Origin: a virus
Length of the DNA: 64,000 bases
IMG/VR virus record: IMGVR_UViG_3300013132_000021
Strand: one strand, 5' to 3'
The number at the start of each line of letters is the position of its first letter. Positions within the stretch are counted from its first letter, which is position 1. Shown here one piece after another: positions 18,557 to 28,480 of the stretch. The translations under genes were made by a program, and so were the position numbers. The notes beneath the pieces are model-generated. The model saw only the letters and a list, made by a program, of their open reading frames with translations, was not told the origin of the DNA and did no database searches.

Positions 18557-18892
18557 ATGAGACCAATGTGTAAGTGTGGTGTAAGGCCATGTGCTGTGAA
18601 CTACAAGAAAAATTCCAAGACCTACTACAGAAGTCTTTGTGAAATATGCATGGCACACGGTGTATACACAGGAGTACCTAGATGGTTACGCAGCGGCTAC
18701 AAGATGAAATCGCAGTGTGAGAAATGCGGCTTTAGGTCACCGCACGTAGAAGTATTCAGAGTATTTCACATAGACAGTAATCTAGACAACTGCCGTCCTG
18801 CGAATCTCAAAACCATATGCCTAAACTGTGCTGGCGTTCTGAGCAAAGAGGGAATTGCTTGGAGACAGGGAGATCTCGTTGCTGATTATTGA
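18557..18892 (+). CDS. Zn-finger/HNH-like small protein
   Basis: Multiple CxxC pairs and VFHIDSNLDNC..NLKTICLNC; preceded by TAAATA on the plus strand. Confidence 0.7.
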   Translation: MRPMCKCGVRPCAVNYKKNSKTYYRSLCEICMAHGVYTGVPRWLRSGYKMKSQCEKCGFRSPHVEVFRVFHIDSNLDNCRPANLKTICLNCAGVLSKEGIAWRQGDLVADY

Positions 18893-19492
18893 TCTCACCG
18901 TGTCGTAGAGCTCGTCTATGCTGTGATCGTTAATCAAAACATGATCAAATTCTGTGCCTACCCAAGCAGTTTCCGAAGCATGTATCTTACGCATTTTGAG
19001 ATCCTGATGTGCCCAATTGTAGCCTTGATTAGCTGCCACAGCGGTATCATACCACTCAGGTAACTTACCACGTTTTACCCAGATGATTCTGCCACCTGCA
19101 TTGCGTATGCTGGCAATTTCATTAGGGAAACGACAGTCACTGATTACCACATGATCCTGTGAATTGCGCAGTTTGTTTTCCAAGCTGGCGATCCATATGT
19201 CGTCATGAAATGCTTTGCGACAGACTTCTGTACCCCAGTATTGCAGCACCCACCGCGGAGTCAGTGTAGGCATGTCTAGTCTTTCTGCCCACCATGGATC
19301 TACCTGTTCGCGCCATTCACGTGCCTGTGCTGTGCGACCTTCTAACAGTGTCCGGTCCCATCCAAACACTGCGCTGACAGCATCTTTTAGAGTGCTGGCG
19401 AAAGACTCGCGTCTAAATTCGTGGAAGTTAACTAGATAGTCAGCGACTGTGTCTTTGCCGCTGCCAATGAATCCGCAAATACCTATAATCAT
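18821..19492 (-). CDS. 1: deoxynucleoside monophosphate kinase (gp1-like)
   Basis: GFIGSGKDT P-loop, SFA..LKD, TPRWVLQYWGTE, ISDCRFPNE, HASE. Confidence 0.92.
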   Translation of the reverse strand: MIIGICGFIGSGKDTVADYLVNFHEFRRESFASTLKDAVSAVFGWDRTLLEGRTAQAREWREQVDPWWAERLDMPTLTPRWVLQYWGTEVCRKAFHDDIWIASLENKLRNSQDHVVISDCRFPNEIASIRNAGGRIIWVKRGKLPEWYDTAVAANQGYNWAHQDLKMRKIHASETAWVGTEFDHVLINDHSIDELYDTVRSIISNEISLSPSNSLFAQNASTV

Positions 19493-19512
19493 AATATCCT
19501 CCGATTAAGGAT

Positions 19513-19542
19513 ATTATAGCATAAGAGATTTTATAAGGTCAA
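19513..19542 (-). promoter_or_regulatory. sigma70-type early promoter for dNMP kinase
   Basis: Minus strand TTGACC, 18 nt, TATAAT with extended TGn. Confidence 0.7.
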
Positions 19543-20297
19543 CCGGTGATCCAGGTATAGCCAGAACCGCCCGGAACCAATTTCATCAAATCGTCTGTGA
19601 GTTTTTCCATTTCGGCCTGAGCTTCAGTTTTCATAGCAGCACCGTTAAGACTGGATCCGCCCTGGGGTCCTGCGATCTGCGCGAATTTTTCACGAGCTTG
19701 TCCTAGCATCATTTTACAATTAGCTAGACTGTAATCTTTAATCCACTGCCCAGAATAAACATCATCGACGATCGCGAAATCGGGTTTGGTATTGTATACC
19801 TGTAACATCACCGACTCTTCACCTCTAGGACGTTGATGAATGACTAACTTATGAGATTGAGGATGATAAGTGAAATTAATAAAACTACCAAACATTTTAC
19901 CCACTAGTTCTTGATACTGCGCAAAAAGTTCATAGGTCAATAAACCGCCCATGTTAGTCGAGCTTAACAGATAGGTATTGGAATAGGCTAAATTGAATGG
20001 TTCAAACACCGTTCCACCTGTGCCATTGCCCGTTCTAGATCCCACTGAACGACGGAATATCTGTCTGACCTGTTGTATTTCTTTGGGTAGGATGTATTCG
20101 TTGTTGCTTTCAGTTAGTGTGAGAAAACAATAACTTTCCTCTACAGCGTTATCACTGCGCTGCCTAAACACAGCGAGGCTGCGATTCAGTGCAGTTTCGT
20201 AATGTATAGGATCTAGTTCTATGTCGATCATGCCGTCGCCCAGCATGGCCTTGCAGTAGTCAAAAACCTGTTGTTTTGCTTGATCAGTTGTGCTCAT
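19539..20297 (-). CDS. 13: neck protein gp13-like
   Basis: LGDGMIDIELD, WIKDYSLA..K..LG..R.KF..I.GP.G...LNG motifs; divergent from gp14. Confidence 0.85.
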   Translation of the reverse strand: MSTTDQAKQQVFDYCKAMLGDGMIDIELDPIHYETALNRSLAVFRQRSDNAVEESYCFLTLTESNNEYILPKEIQQVRQIFRRSVGSRTGNGTGGTVFEPFNLAYSNTYLLSSTNMGGLLTYELFAQYQELVGKMFGSFINFTYHPQSHKLVIHQRPRGEESVMLQVYNTKPDFAIVDDVYSGQWIKDYSLANCKMMLGQAREKFAQIAGPQGGSSLNGAAMKTEAQAEMEKLTDDLMKLVPGGSGYTWITG

Positions 20298-20331
20298 GAT
20301 AGTATTTATCGGTAGCGGTAAATATATGACC

Positions 20332-21723
20332 ATGCCAAGACTAAGTTTATACAGGCCCCAAAAGGGCAATGATTACCGATTTATAGATAAAACCATCTGG
20401 GAAATGTTCCAGGTTGGCGGCACGGATGTGCTGGTGCACAAATATCTTGGGCCCGATACCGCTGTGCAGGGCAATACTCCCTCGACGCCCACATACAACA
20501 CAGACGACCCTTTCAACATACAGGATCTATTGTTCTTAGAAAATCGTGATCGCAAATATGATCCAGACATTTACCTGCTCAGGGGTGTATATAATCTTTC
20601 AGACATAGATTTTAATCTCAGCCAATTTGGACTGTTTCTACAGAATGACACTATTTTCATCACCTTCCATATCACAGACACTGTGGAAAAAATTGGTCGT
20701 AAAATCATAGCAGGGGATGTGATAGAACTGCCGCATCTCACTGACGAGTATGCTCTGAATGATCTGCAGTATGCATTGAAAAGATTCTATGTCATTGAAG
20801 AAGTTTCTAGAGCTGCCGAAGGATTTTCTGTCACCTGGTATCCACATCTGTATCGAGCCAAATGCAAACCATTGGTAGACAGCCAAGAATACAAACAGAT
20901 CTTAGATGGTATCGCCAACACAGATGCAGACAAGGGAACCTATAATGCAAATATCACATACTATCCCGGTGATATTGTTACTGGTGCCGATGGTAAGAAG
21001 TATGAAGTCGTTCAAGAAGTCACCGGAACTGCACCACCTAATGTAACCTACTATGCAATAGCAGACACGCTGAAAGATATCATCTCGACCTACAACAAAG
21101 AAATGCAGATCACTTCGGCTGTGTTAAATCAAGCAGAAGCAGACGCTCCTAAGAGTGGTTATGATACCAGCAAGTTCTATACCTTACAGAGAACAGACGA
21201 CGGTACTGCCGAAATAGCATCAACAGATGCCTCTGCTGTGACCGTAGATGCTGAGACACAGGCCACTGACATAGATGGCACACCGTTGTTTGATGCAGAC
21301 GGCAATCCTGTTTACGTAGGACAAACTGCTAGTTCTGTATTGATGCCCGCAGACGGCGACGGATATAATGGATACCTCACTCGTGATGGTGTGCCTCCCA
21401 ACGGTGCTCCGTTTACCGCAGGCATTGCATTTCCTATTAACCCCACTGTGGGACAGTTTGCACTCAGAACAGATTACTTGCCTAATAGACTATTCAGATT
21501 CGACGGATCTAGATGGCGCAAATTTGAGGACAATGTACGTATGACTATGAACAATCTCGGTGCTAGTGATGTGGGTGCAGGTGACACTTATGCTGGCAAA
21601 GATATTCGCCAGACACAAAAGGCCACATTCGTAAACAACACCACAGTAACTACCATAGATGGTCATGTGACTGAAGAAAAACAAAGCCTTACCAAGGCAC
21701 TTAGACCACAGGCGGACGAATAA
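20332..21723 (+). CDS. 14: neck protein gp14-like
   Basis: MPRLSLY, DLLFLENRDRKYD, LSQFGLFL, GDVIELPHL; precedes gp15. Confidence 0.75.
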   Translation: MPRLSLYRPQKGNDYRFIDKTIWEMFQVGGTDVLVHKYLGPDTAVQGNTPSTPTYNTDDPFNIQDLLFLENRDRKYDPDIYLLRGVYNLSDIDFNLSQFGLFLQNDTIFITFHITDTVEKIGRKIIAGDVIELPHLTDEYALNDLQYALKRFYVIEEVSRAAEGFSVTWYPHLYRAKCKPLVDSQEYKQILDGIANTDADKGTYNANITYYPGDIVTGADGKKYEVVQEVTGTAPPNVTYYAIADTLKDIISTYNKEMQITSAVLNQAEADAPKSGYDTSKFYTLQRTDDGTAEIASTDASAVTVDAETQATDIDGTPLFDADGNPVYVGQTASSVLMPADGDGYNGYLTRDGVPPNGAPFTAGIAFPINPTVGQFALRTDYLPNRLFRFDGSRWRKFEDNVRMTMNNLGASDVGAGDTYAGKDIRQTQKATFVNNTTVTTIDGHVTEEKQSLTKALRPQADE

Positions 21724-23276
21724 TGGATTTTTTCTATGATGGGCAAATAAGGCGCTATGTCACGCAGTTCATGCGTGTGTTCATAGGTTTCAAATACAAA
21801 GCAGGCAATGGTGATGAGATCAGTGTGCCTGTGAGCTATGGTGACATGACTCGCCAGGTAGCTGCTATCATAAAAGAAAATTCAGAAAATAAAATGCCGT
21901 CTGTGCCCAAGATCAGCTGTTATATCAGTGCCTTGGAAATGGATACTTCTAGGCTCAGTGATCCTACGTTTGTTTCTAAGGTGCATGTGAGAGAACGCAG
22001 ATTCACAGATGCCGGCGGAACCAGAGAGTATCAGAATGTGCAGGGCGGCAATTACACAGTAGAAAGACTTGCGCCAACACCTTTCAAGATGACCATGAAA
22101 GCGGACATATGGACTTCAAATACCGATCAAAAACTGCAACTGCTGGAACAGATCTTGGTGCTGTTTAACCCCAGTTTGGAACTGCAGACCACGGACAATT
22201 ATCTAGATTGGACCAGTCTCAGTTCACTGTATCTTACCAGCACTAATTTTACCTCAAGAACTATTCCAGCTGGCGCAGAAAGTGAAATAGATATCTGTAC
22301 CTTAGACTTTGAAATTCCAATATACATCACTGCTCCTGCAAAAGTTAAAAAATTAGGTATTGTTCAAAGTGTAATTTCAAATGTGTTTATGGAAAGCGGT
22401 GACATAGTAGATCTAGAGAGTTTGGTATACAATCGTGCCAGAGGTGCATTTACTACAACCACTAATAGATACCGTGTGCTGCTGTTCAAATCCAACACAG
22501 GTAATCTCACAGATAATCAATATGACCTAACTCTAGTAAATCCTGACTCGGCGGTGCTGTCATTGGGACTTGATCAACAGGAATATAAAAATGGCGAGCC
22601 CTTAGAATGGGATCGAATCCTAGAAGTGCAGGGCGGATACGTTCCGGGTAGCGATGTGTTTTTCCTCAAAGAGGATGACAGTGAAATCGTTGGCACGTTT
22701 GTGATCAATCCTCTAGACAGAACTGTGTTGGCTGTGACTCTAGATCCGGATACATATCCTGCTAACACAGACATAGCAAGTGCTATAGAAACTAGAGGCA
22801 CAGTAGATGCTATCATCGATCCCTACAAGTACAATCCTCTAGAAGTTTATGGTAATCATGCTGGTATTCCTGTAGGTTTGAGATTTCTAATGTTAGATGA
22901 TGTTAACAACAGTGCGAATCGTGGGGGATTCATCGAATACCCTAGTAATCCTGCAGATAGTACCAATGTGCCTTATCGCGGACCGCAGGCTTGGAGAGAC
23001 CCTAGCAACGACGATTCGTCATGGGATAACCAGGACGGCACAGATCCTATTATAAAAGCAAATTCGATTATTGAATGGACTGGAGCTACCTGGTCTACAA
23101 TATGGGATCCCGATGATAATACTTTACAAGATGCTGCTGTTGCCGGCCAAGATTTCACAGCGACCTATATCCAAAACATCCGCACAGGTATCAAATACAA
23201 ATGGGACGGCTCGCAATGGCTCAAGGCCTTTGAAGGCGAGTATGCGCCAGGACGTTGGAACTTCAGGATGGTCTGA
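21723..23276 (+). CDS. 15: tail sheath stabiliser/terminator gp15-like with C-terminal extension
   Basis: FFYDGQIRRY..QF, VPVSYG, P.P..MT...DIWT..TDQKLQLLEQIL..FNP. Confidence 0.85.
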   Translation: MDFFYDGQIRRYVTQFMRVFIGFKYKAGNGDEISVPVSYGDMTRQVAAIIKENSENKMPSVPKISCYISALEMDTSRLSDPTFVSKVHVRERRFTDAGGTREYQNVQGGNYTVERLAPTPFKMTMKADIWTSNTDQKLQLLEQILVLFNPSLELQTTDNYLDWTSLSSLYLTSTNFTSRTIPAGAESEIDICTLDFEIPIYITAPAKVKKLGIVQSVISNVFMESGDIVDLESLVYNRARGAFTTTTNRYRVLLFKSNTGNLTDNQYDLTLVNPDSAVLSLGLDQQEYKNGEPLEWDRILEVQGGYVPGSDVFFLKEDDSEIVGTFVINPLDRTVLAVTLDPDTYPANTDIASAIETRGTVDAIIDPYKYNPLEVYGNHAGIPVGLRFLMLDDVNNSANRGGFIEYPSNPADSTNVPYRGPQAWRDPSNDDSSWDNQDGTDPIIKANSIIEWTGATWSTIWDPDDNTLQDAAVAGQDFTATYIQNIRTGIKYKWDGSQWLKAFEGEYAPGRWNFRMV

Positions 23277-23289
23277 CGCTAAGTATCAC

Positions 23290-23685
23290 ATGCAACAGCG
23301 TGCCGGACTGCTATTTTTAGCCAAAACCACAGGTAGAATACTGTTGATCCTTGAGGATCAACGATGGACCGTGCCCACTTTCGTGAGGTCGGGACCATTG
23401 TTGGAAGACAGTGCTCCTCTGCTCAAAGATTATGCCTCAGGTAGGATACTGCCTATTGAACTGTACCTGTCAGAGGATCGAGGATTTGAATACGGCACCT
23501 ATGTGTGTGTGGTGGATCAAGAGTTTTTGAACTCTGCTGCGCGAACTGTGTGCTGGGCCGATCTAGATGATCTTCCTAAACAACTACACCTGGGTTTGAA
23601 AACCACGCTGAACAATCAAGTTATAAGAATCAAAATTGAAACTATTATGGAGTTAGAAAATGTCAAGCCTACTACAGAAATCTAG
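23290..23685 (+). CDS. Nudix-fold-like protein with degenerate Nudix box
   Basis: AGLLFLAKTTGRILL N-terminus and F.Y.TYVC.V..EF..LP..LH.GL C-terminus resemble phage Nudix proteins, but no GX5EX7REUXEE motif. Confidence 0.5.
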   Translation: MQQRAGLLFLAKTTGRILLILEDQRWTVPTFVRSGPLLEDSAPLLKDYASGRILPIELYLSEDRGFEYGTYVCVVDQEFLNSAARTVCWADLDDLPKQLHLGLKTTLNNQVIRIKIETIMELENVKPTTEI

Positions 23686-23923
23686 TAGATTTCAACAAGA
23701 TCACGAACGGTATCTGGCCAAGATCGAACAGATTCCAGAAGGTGAGTTCAAACGAGAAGTCAAAGAGCTGCTGAACAAATTGGTCGCTGAGGTTAGAAAA
23801 CTAGATACCATGCACATGGAAATGATCTACACCAAACAGATGCCGTCGATGGGCGCGGACATGAAGCAGGACATCTTGACTCTTAGAAAAAAACTAGACA
23901 GCAAGCTGAAAAGCATAGAGTAG
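23660..23923 (+). CDS. hypothetical helical protein
   Basis: 87 aa ORF with GGAG RBS. Confidence 0.7.
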   Translation: MSSLLQKSSRFQQDHERYLAKIEQIPEGEFKREVKELLNKLVAEVRKLDTMHMEMIYTKQMPSMGADMKQDILTLRKKLDSKLKSIE

Positions 23924-23931
23924 TTCTCTGA

Positions 23932-25968
23932 TTAGATGCTGCCAAAGTTTTTGATAGTTATCGTTCCCACCATAGCAACATGTGCAGAACATTGATATCT
24001 GTAATTACCTGATATAGAATCAGGAATCTTCCAATACAATGTGCCTGAGGTCTTGCCCTGTGCAGAAGCTCCCGTGGTCACTGTTCCGCCAGTGGTCACA
24101 TGCACTAGACCCGTGTTATAATTATTTCCCGTGTTGTCCTGGATCAAGAAAGGATGACCTCCGACATTGAGATTGAAAGCGATGGTAGCACCGTTAAGAG
24201 CATATATGGTAGGATCGTCTGTGGTACCATACTGATCGAATCTATAGGCCGAGGCTCCGTTATTTGTCACGTTCAACATCGTGATAGCGGGCAGATAAAA
24301 TTGATCTACGGTTAAACCAGCGGCATCACTGAGCCCCGTGAACGCGGTAGCACCTGCAGCGACCGTATTGGTAATTGTAACCGTGTCTGTACCGGCATCC
24401 GTAGTTATAGAAATACCCGAACCTGCTGCCAGTGTCAGGGTGTCCGTAGCGGAATCTGCTACGACGTTGCTCTGACCGGTCACGGCTATGGTAGTGAAAC
24501 TATCAGACGCACTGCCGCTGTTGGTGATAGTTATCGTATCCGTGCCCGCATTGGTGGTGATGGTAATACCTGTGCCTGCTACCAAGGTCAATGTATCTGT
24601 GCTGGAATCTGCCACCACGCTTGATTGGCCGGCTACAGCAATAGTACTAAAACTATCAGAGGCTCCACCGCCTCCTGCGACCACCGCCCAGGTATTGTCG
24701 CCTCTTAAGAATGTGGTAGCATCTCTAGTGCCAGACGCCCCTAGTCTAAGCACAGGTACTGTGCCGCTGGTAAGTTCAGTGGCGTTCAATGCAGTGAGAT
24801 TCGCACCGCTGGCGGCTGGCAGCGTTGCAGGTAATGCTGTGAGATTCGCTCCGCTTACTGCAGGTAGTGTGGCTGGGAAACGTGCATCAGGTATGGTGCC
24901 TGAAGTTAATTGGGTGGCATTTAAGGCAGTGAGTGCTGCACCTCCACCGCTAAAATTAGTAGCTGTCAATAATCCAGCGTCTGATATAGTGGCAGAACTA
25001 TTTTGAATGATGGTGCCTGTAGTGCCATCGTAGCGTACGATAGCGTTATCAACGTATCCGCCGCCCGAACTAACTACATCTCCGGTACCTGCTCCTGTGG
25101 CGCCTGCAGGACCCTGAGGTCCTTGTGGTCCGGGAACTCCTACGGCTGTGGTCGATTGCCTTGTACCGTCTGCGAACACAATTTCATTACCTACCACAAC
25201 ATCTGAATCAAAAGCCACTGTAGGTGTAAATGTAATAGTGGAACTGTCTGCGGAATCTATTGTGGTTCCTACAAACGTGATGCTACCTGTGCTGGTTGTT
25301 GAATTAATAGTTATGGTATCTGTGCCAGCATTGGTGGTAATAGTAATATTAGAGCCGGCGGCTAGTGTTAGTGTATCTGTAGTTGAATCAGCTATCACAG
25401 AGCTCTGTCCTGCAACAACCACAGTGCTAAATGAATTAGGCAAACTAGATTCGCTGGCCACAGGTACCCAAGCACCTGCATGAGCATAATACAATTTTCC
25501 CGTATCGTGTACATGTGCTACCATGCCGTGATAATCTACAGGCGAAACTTCGTCGTTGAGATCTGCTAGCGTATCCCAGTGGAATCTTATACGATTTTTT
25601 TGGCCTGTGATATCTATCACACCCGATAACACCAAAGTATTTGTGCTGTCATCTAGCCATGTCAAAGCAGTTAAGTCGTTGACCTGCGAACCATTTGAAG
25701 GATAGTAGGCTATTTTGCCAGCCACTCCTGTTTGAACTCCGCCGCTGAATCCTGCTGAATTAGCTTTGGCAAGAAATGCAGCGTTAGAAACATTGGTGAG
25801 ATCGCCTTTTGCCAGCGAAATGCCACCTTGGGATTGTCCATTGTATAAGCGGAGAGTATTAGTATCTTTATCATAGAATATTTCTCCTCTAGCTCCAACC
25901 TTTCTATTAAGAAATTCGGATTCTTTAGGAATTATTCTAATGTTATCGAGAACAGGTATTTTAGCCAT
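23932..25968 (-). CDS. tail fibre-like virion protein with internal repeats, short collagen-like segment and C-terminal cupredoxin-like domain
   Basis: Three ~45 aa repeats SF(S/T)TxxVxGQSxVxADSxTDTLTL, LPATLPAxSGANLTAL repeats, GPQGPQGPAGATG, C-terminal GHPF...YQCSAHVAM. Confidence 0.75.
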   Translation of the reverse strand: MAKIPVLDNIRIIPKESEFLNRKVGARGEIFYDKDTNTLRLYNGQSQGGISLAKGDLTNVSNAAFLAKANSAGFSGGVQTGVAGKIAYYPSNGSQVNDLTALTWLDDSTNTLVLSGVIDITGQKNRIRFHWDTLADLNDEVSPVDYHGMVAHVHDTGKLYYAHAGAWVPVASESSLPNSFSTVVVAGQSSVIADSTTDTLTLAAGSNITITTNAGTDTITINSTTSTGSITFVGTTIDSADSSTITFTPTVAFDSDVVVGNEIVFADGTRQSTTAVGVPGPQGPQGPAGATGAGTGDVVSSGGGYVDNAIVRYDGTTGTIIQNSSATISDAGLLTATNFSGGGAALTALNATQLTSGTIPDARFPATLPAVSGANLTALPATLPAASGANLTALNATELTSGTVPVLRLGASGTRDATTFLRGDNTWAVVAGGGGASDSFSTIAVAGQSSVVADSSTDTLTLVAGTGITITTNAGTDTITITNSGSASDSFTTIAVTGQSNVVADSATDTLTLAAGSGISITTDAGTDTVTITNTVAAGATAFTGLSDAAGLTVDQFYLPAITMLNVTNNGASAYRFDQYGTTDDPTIYALNGATIAFNLNVGGHPFLIQDNTGNNYNTGLVHVTTGGTVTTGASAQGKTSGTLYWKIPDSISGNYRYQCSAHVAMVGTITIKNFGSI

Positions 25969-26046
25969 TGTGATTCCAAGTTTGTTAAACGTTATTTATC
26001 CAAATATTATTTGCATAAATTTAGTAAGTTTTAACCGTGGTGTAGA

Positions 26047-26664
26047 TTATTTTTGAATACTTCCAAAGGTAAAGTGCTGAGTATGTGTAAAGTTCACAAA
26101 ATTTGCAGATAAAATTATTCTATCTTCAGTACTGGTACTTTTTTCGGATTTATGCATCAACCATCCCGGAAAAAACAAAACATCTCCTTGTTGTGCCGGA
26201 ACTGAATAGTATTCTTGGAGATTAGAAACTTCATGTAAATTTTTAAAATTATAGTGGGGGTCTTGAAATTGTGTAAAGCCTGATGCATGCGGCAGTGAAA
26301 TATAAGCTACACAACTTAACACACTGAATCCGTGATTATGTGGTATTGTTTCTCCAGTTTTACCGTGACGATTAATCCAACTATTGCCAACATAAAACTG
26401 ATTGTTAGTGTCGTGTTTCCATTCGCAAATTATAAGTTTGCTTTTTTCTTCTAACCATAAAAAAAAATCTAAAAAATCCTTATGTTTATGTGGAGCGTTA
26501 TTTTGATTTGATACTGTGCTTTGAGCATCACCTATCTCTAAGTTAGTGACAGAGTTGTTGGCAGTCTGCAGAATTTCGTAAGCGGCTGCAAGATGCCTGT
26601 CTGTAAAATCAAAATGATCTCGAAAAATTACTGGCGGAAAGGAAGATATTGATTTAAGACTCAT
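26047..26664 (-). CDS. putative 2OG-Fe(II) oxygenase (TIGR02466-like)
   Basis: SWIN, HNH, LFFPGWLMH, RIILSAN. Confidence 0.85.
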   Translation of the reverse strand: MSLKSISSFPPVIFRDHFDFTDRHLAAAYEILQTANNSVTNLEIGDAQSTVSNQNNAPHKHKDFLDFFLWLEEKSKLIICEWKHDTNNQFYVGNSWINRHGKTGETIPHNHGFSVLSCVAYISLPHASGFTQFQDPHYNFKNLHEVSNLQEYYSVPAQQGDVLFFPGWLMHKSEKSTSTEDRIILSANFVNFTHTQHFTFGSIQK

Positions 26665-27251
26665 ATGTGTAATTGTGTCAATGGCAGACTGTTAATTTTT
26701 CCTTTAACGAAAGTATTGAAGCTTAGAGTAATTCTAGGTTCACTTCCGTAATAGGGTTCTACTAAATGTTCTATATTAGAAGGAAAAATTATAATGTTGC
26801 CAGCAGTTGATTGAAAAGTCCAACTTTTTGCATTATATATTGATGCATCAATTACCTGAAATTCTAAAGTATCATACTGGCTGGTTATTAACTTTAAATG
26901 TCCTGAACTGGCATCACCGGATAATGTTACTACTCCTGATAATATTGAATTTGGGTGCCAGTGCCTATGATGGCTTTGACCTGTTTCAGTTTTGTTTAGC
27001 CATGATTCTGTAATGTAAATTTCAGTGTCTGTAGATACTTGCATAACACCGTAAAAATAATCAGCAATTTTATTTCTTATCTCGTCTAGCATATTGTTGA
27101 AAGGCGCTGTGCTCAAAATATTTTGGCTTTCACTAATCCAGTTTTGATAGTTTCTTGCCCACTTTACATATGACAAGTCGACGTCTACACTTGTTATTTT
27201 AGATGTCAATATAGGTTTTGAAAAGAGTGGTATTAGTTCGTCATGATTCAT
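26661..27251 (-). CDS. putative 2OG-Fe(II) oxygenase (TIGR02466-like)
   Basis: ESWLN, HWHPNS.LSGV, IIFPSNIEHLV, RITLSFN. Confidence 0.85.
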   Translation of the reverse strand: MNHDELIPLFSKPILTSKITSVDVDLSYVKWARNYQNWISESQNILSTAPFNNMLDEIRNKIADYFYGVMQVSTDTEIYITESWLNKTETGQSHHRHWHPNSILSGVVTLSGDASSGHLKLITSQYDTLEFQVIDASIYNAKSWTFQSTAGNIIIFPSNIEHLVEPYYGSEPRITLSFNTFVKGKINSLPLTQLHI

Positions 27252-27307
27252 TTTAAGGCACCAAGTAATATGATATATAGTATTATCGAACAACGTAAGT
27301 GGAATTT

Positions 27308-27877
27308 ATGAAAATACAAAAAGACATTGCAACTTGGGATAATTTAGTAGATGCAGCCACCTGTAATGACATTATAGCAAGATATCATGCTTTAGAAACA
27401 TTGCAATTATCGTTTCCTCGATTCGAATCGCCTGGACACATTAAACAAGATAGAGCTGTATTTGTACTATCAGACGATTCCATGCGCTTGACTCCGGACC
27501 TTACAGTATTACATCCGTTTTTAAAAAAGTTTTGGGTCTGTTGGGAGTCATATCTTAGACATTATAGTGTATTAGCCGAAACTGGAAAACATCATGTGCG
27601 TTCTATGAAAATACAAAAAACATTGCCCGGCGAAGGATATCACATCTGGCATTTCGAATCGGATGGCTTAGAAAGATGTTCTCGAGTGGCGGCCTGGTCT
27701 TTGTACCTAAACGCAGTAGACGAGGGAGGAGAAACTGAATTCTTGTATCAAAGCATACGGATTCCTGCTACGATTGGTACATTAGCCATATGGCCGGCCA
27801 CCTACACTCATGTTCATAGGGGAAATCCTCCACTGTCAGGCGAAAAATATCTATTAACAGGATGGATTGAATGGTAA
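27308..27877 (+). CDS. 2OG-Fe(II) oxygenase, prolyl-4-hydroxylase-like
   Basis: GYHIWHFE, LYLNAVDEGGETEF, IWPA.YTH.HRGNPP..G.KY..TGW. Confidence 0.88.
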   Translation: MKIQKDIATWDNLVDAATCNDIIARYHALETLQLSFPRFESPGHIKQDRAVFVLSDDSMRLTPDLTVLHPFLKKFWVCWESYLRHYSVLAETGKHHVRSMKIQKTLPGEGYHIWHFESDGLERCSRVAAWSLYLNAVDEGGETEFLYQSIRIPATIGTLAIWPATYTHVHRGNPPLSGEKYLLTGWIEW

Positions 27878-28480
27878 ATGGAAGTCATTAAACTATTTCC
27901 CGTTGAATTTTTTAGGTTTACCACGCAGCAATTTCAACATTCAGAAATTGTTGACCACATTCAGTCGTTAAACATTTCTCCAAAGGTCAGCAGCAATCTC
28001 AGTTTTCAAATTTCATTGCATCGAGATGAAAAACTTTCAGAACTATTCAATTGGTTTCATGTATGCTTGGAACAACTAAGAGTTTCACAAAAATACGATT
28101 GCGATAGATTTACTATCAGCTCCAGTTGGTATAATCAAAGTTTGAAAAATCAAGGCATGCATCAAACATATCATAAACACACCAACAGTTTTTTCAGTGG
28201 AATCTATTACATGTCTGCAGGGGCTCCTACCATATTCGAAGATCCTGTAATACCAAGAAGTATGACACAGCTAGAAGTTTTAAGAAAAGATTATTTACCT
28301 GTCGAAAAAACCATGGCAGTTCCAGGCAGTTTAATTATTTTTCCCAGTTATGTATTTCATTATTCTCCGCCCCATGTGGACGATTTTGATAGGCATGTTA
28401 TTAGTTTTAATGTGTTGCCTACAGGTAAAATCAATACCGGTGCAGGCTCAGACGCAGCTATAATTTTAGGACTAACATGA
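27878..28480 (+). CDS. putative 2OG-Fe(II) oxygenase (TIGR02466-like)
   Basis: SSWYN, HKHTNSFFSGIYY, IIFPSYVFH, RHVISFN. Confidence 0.85.
   Translation: MEVIKLFPVEFFRFTTQQFQHSEIVDHIQSLNISPKVSSNLSFQISLHRDEKLSELFNWFHVCLEQLRVSQKYDCDRFTISSSWYNQSLKNQGMHQTYHKHTNSFFSGIYYMSAGAPTIFEDPVIPRSMTQLEVLRKDYLPVEKTMAVPGSLIIFPSYVFHYSPPHVDDFDRHVISFNVLPTGKINTGAGSDAAIILGLT

Noticed and set aside
18557-18892. HNH-like ORF as a mobile homing endonuclease or intron
   Set aside because: Short, free-standing, interrupts no gene, and no intron structure is apparent; kept only as a CDS
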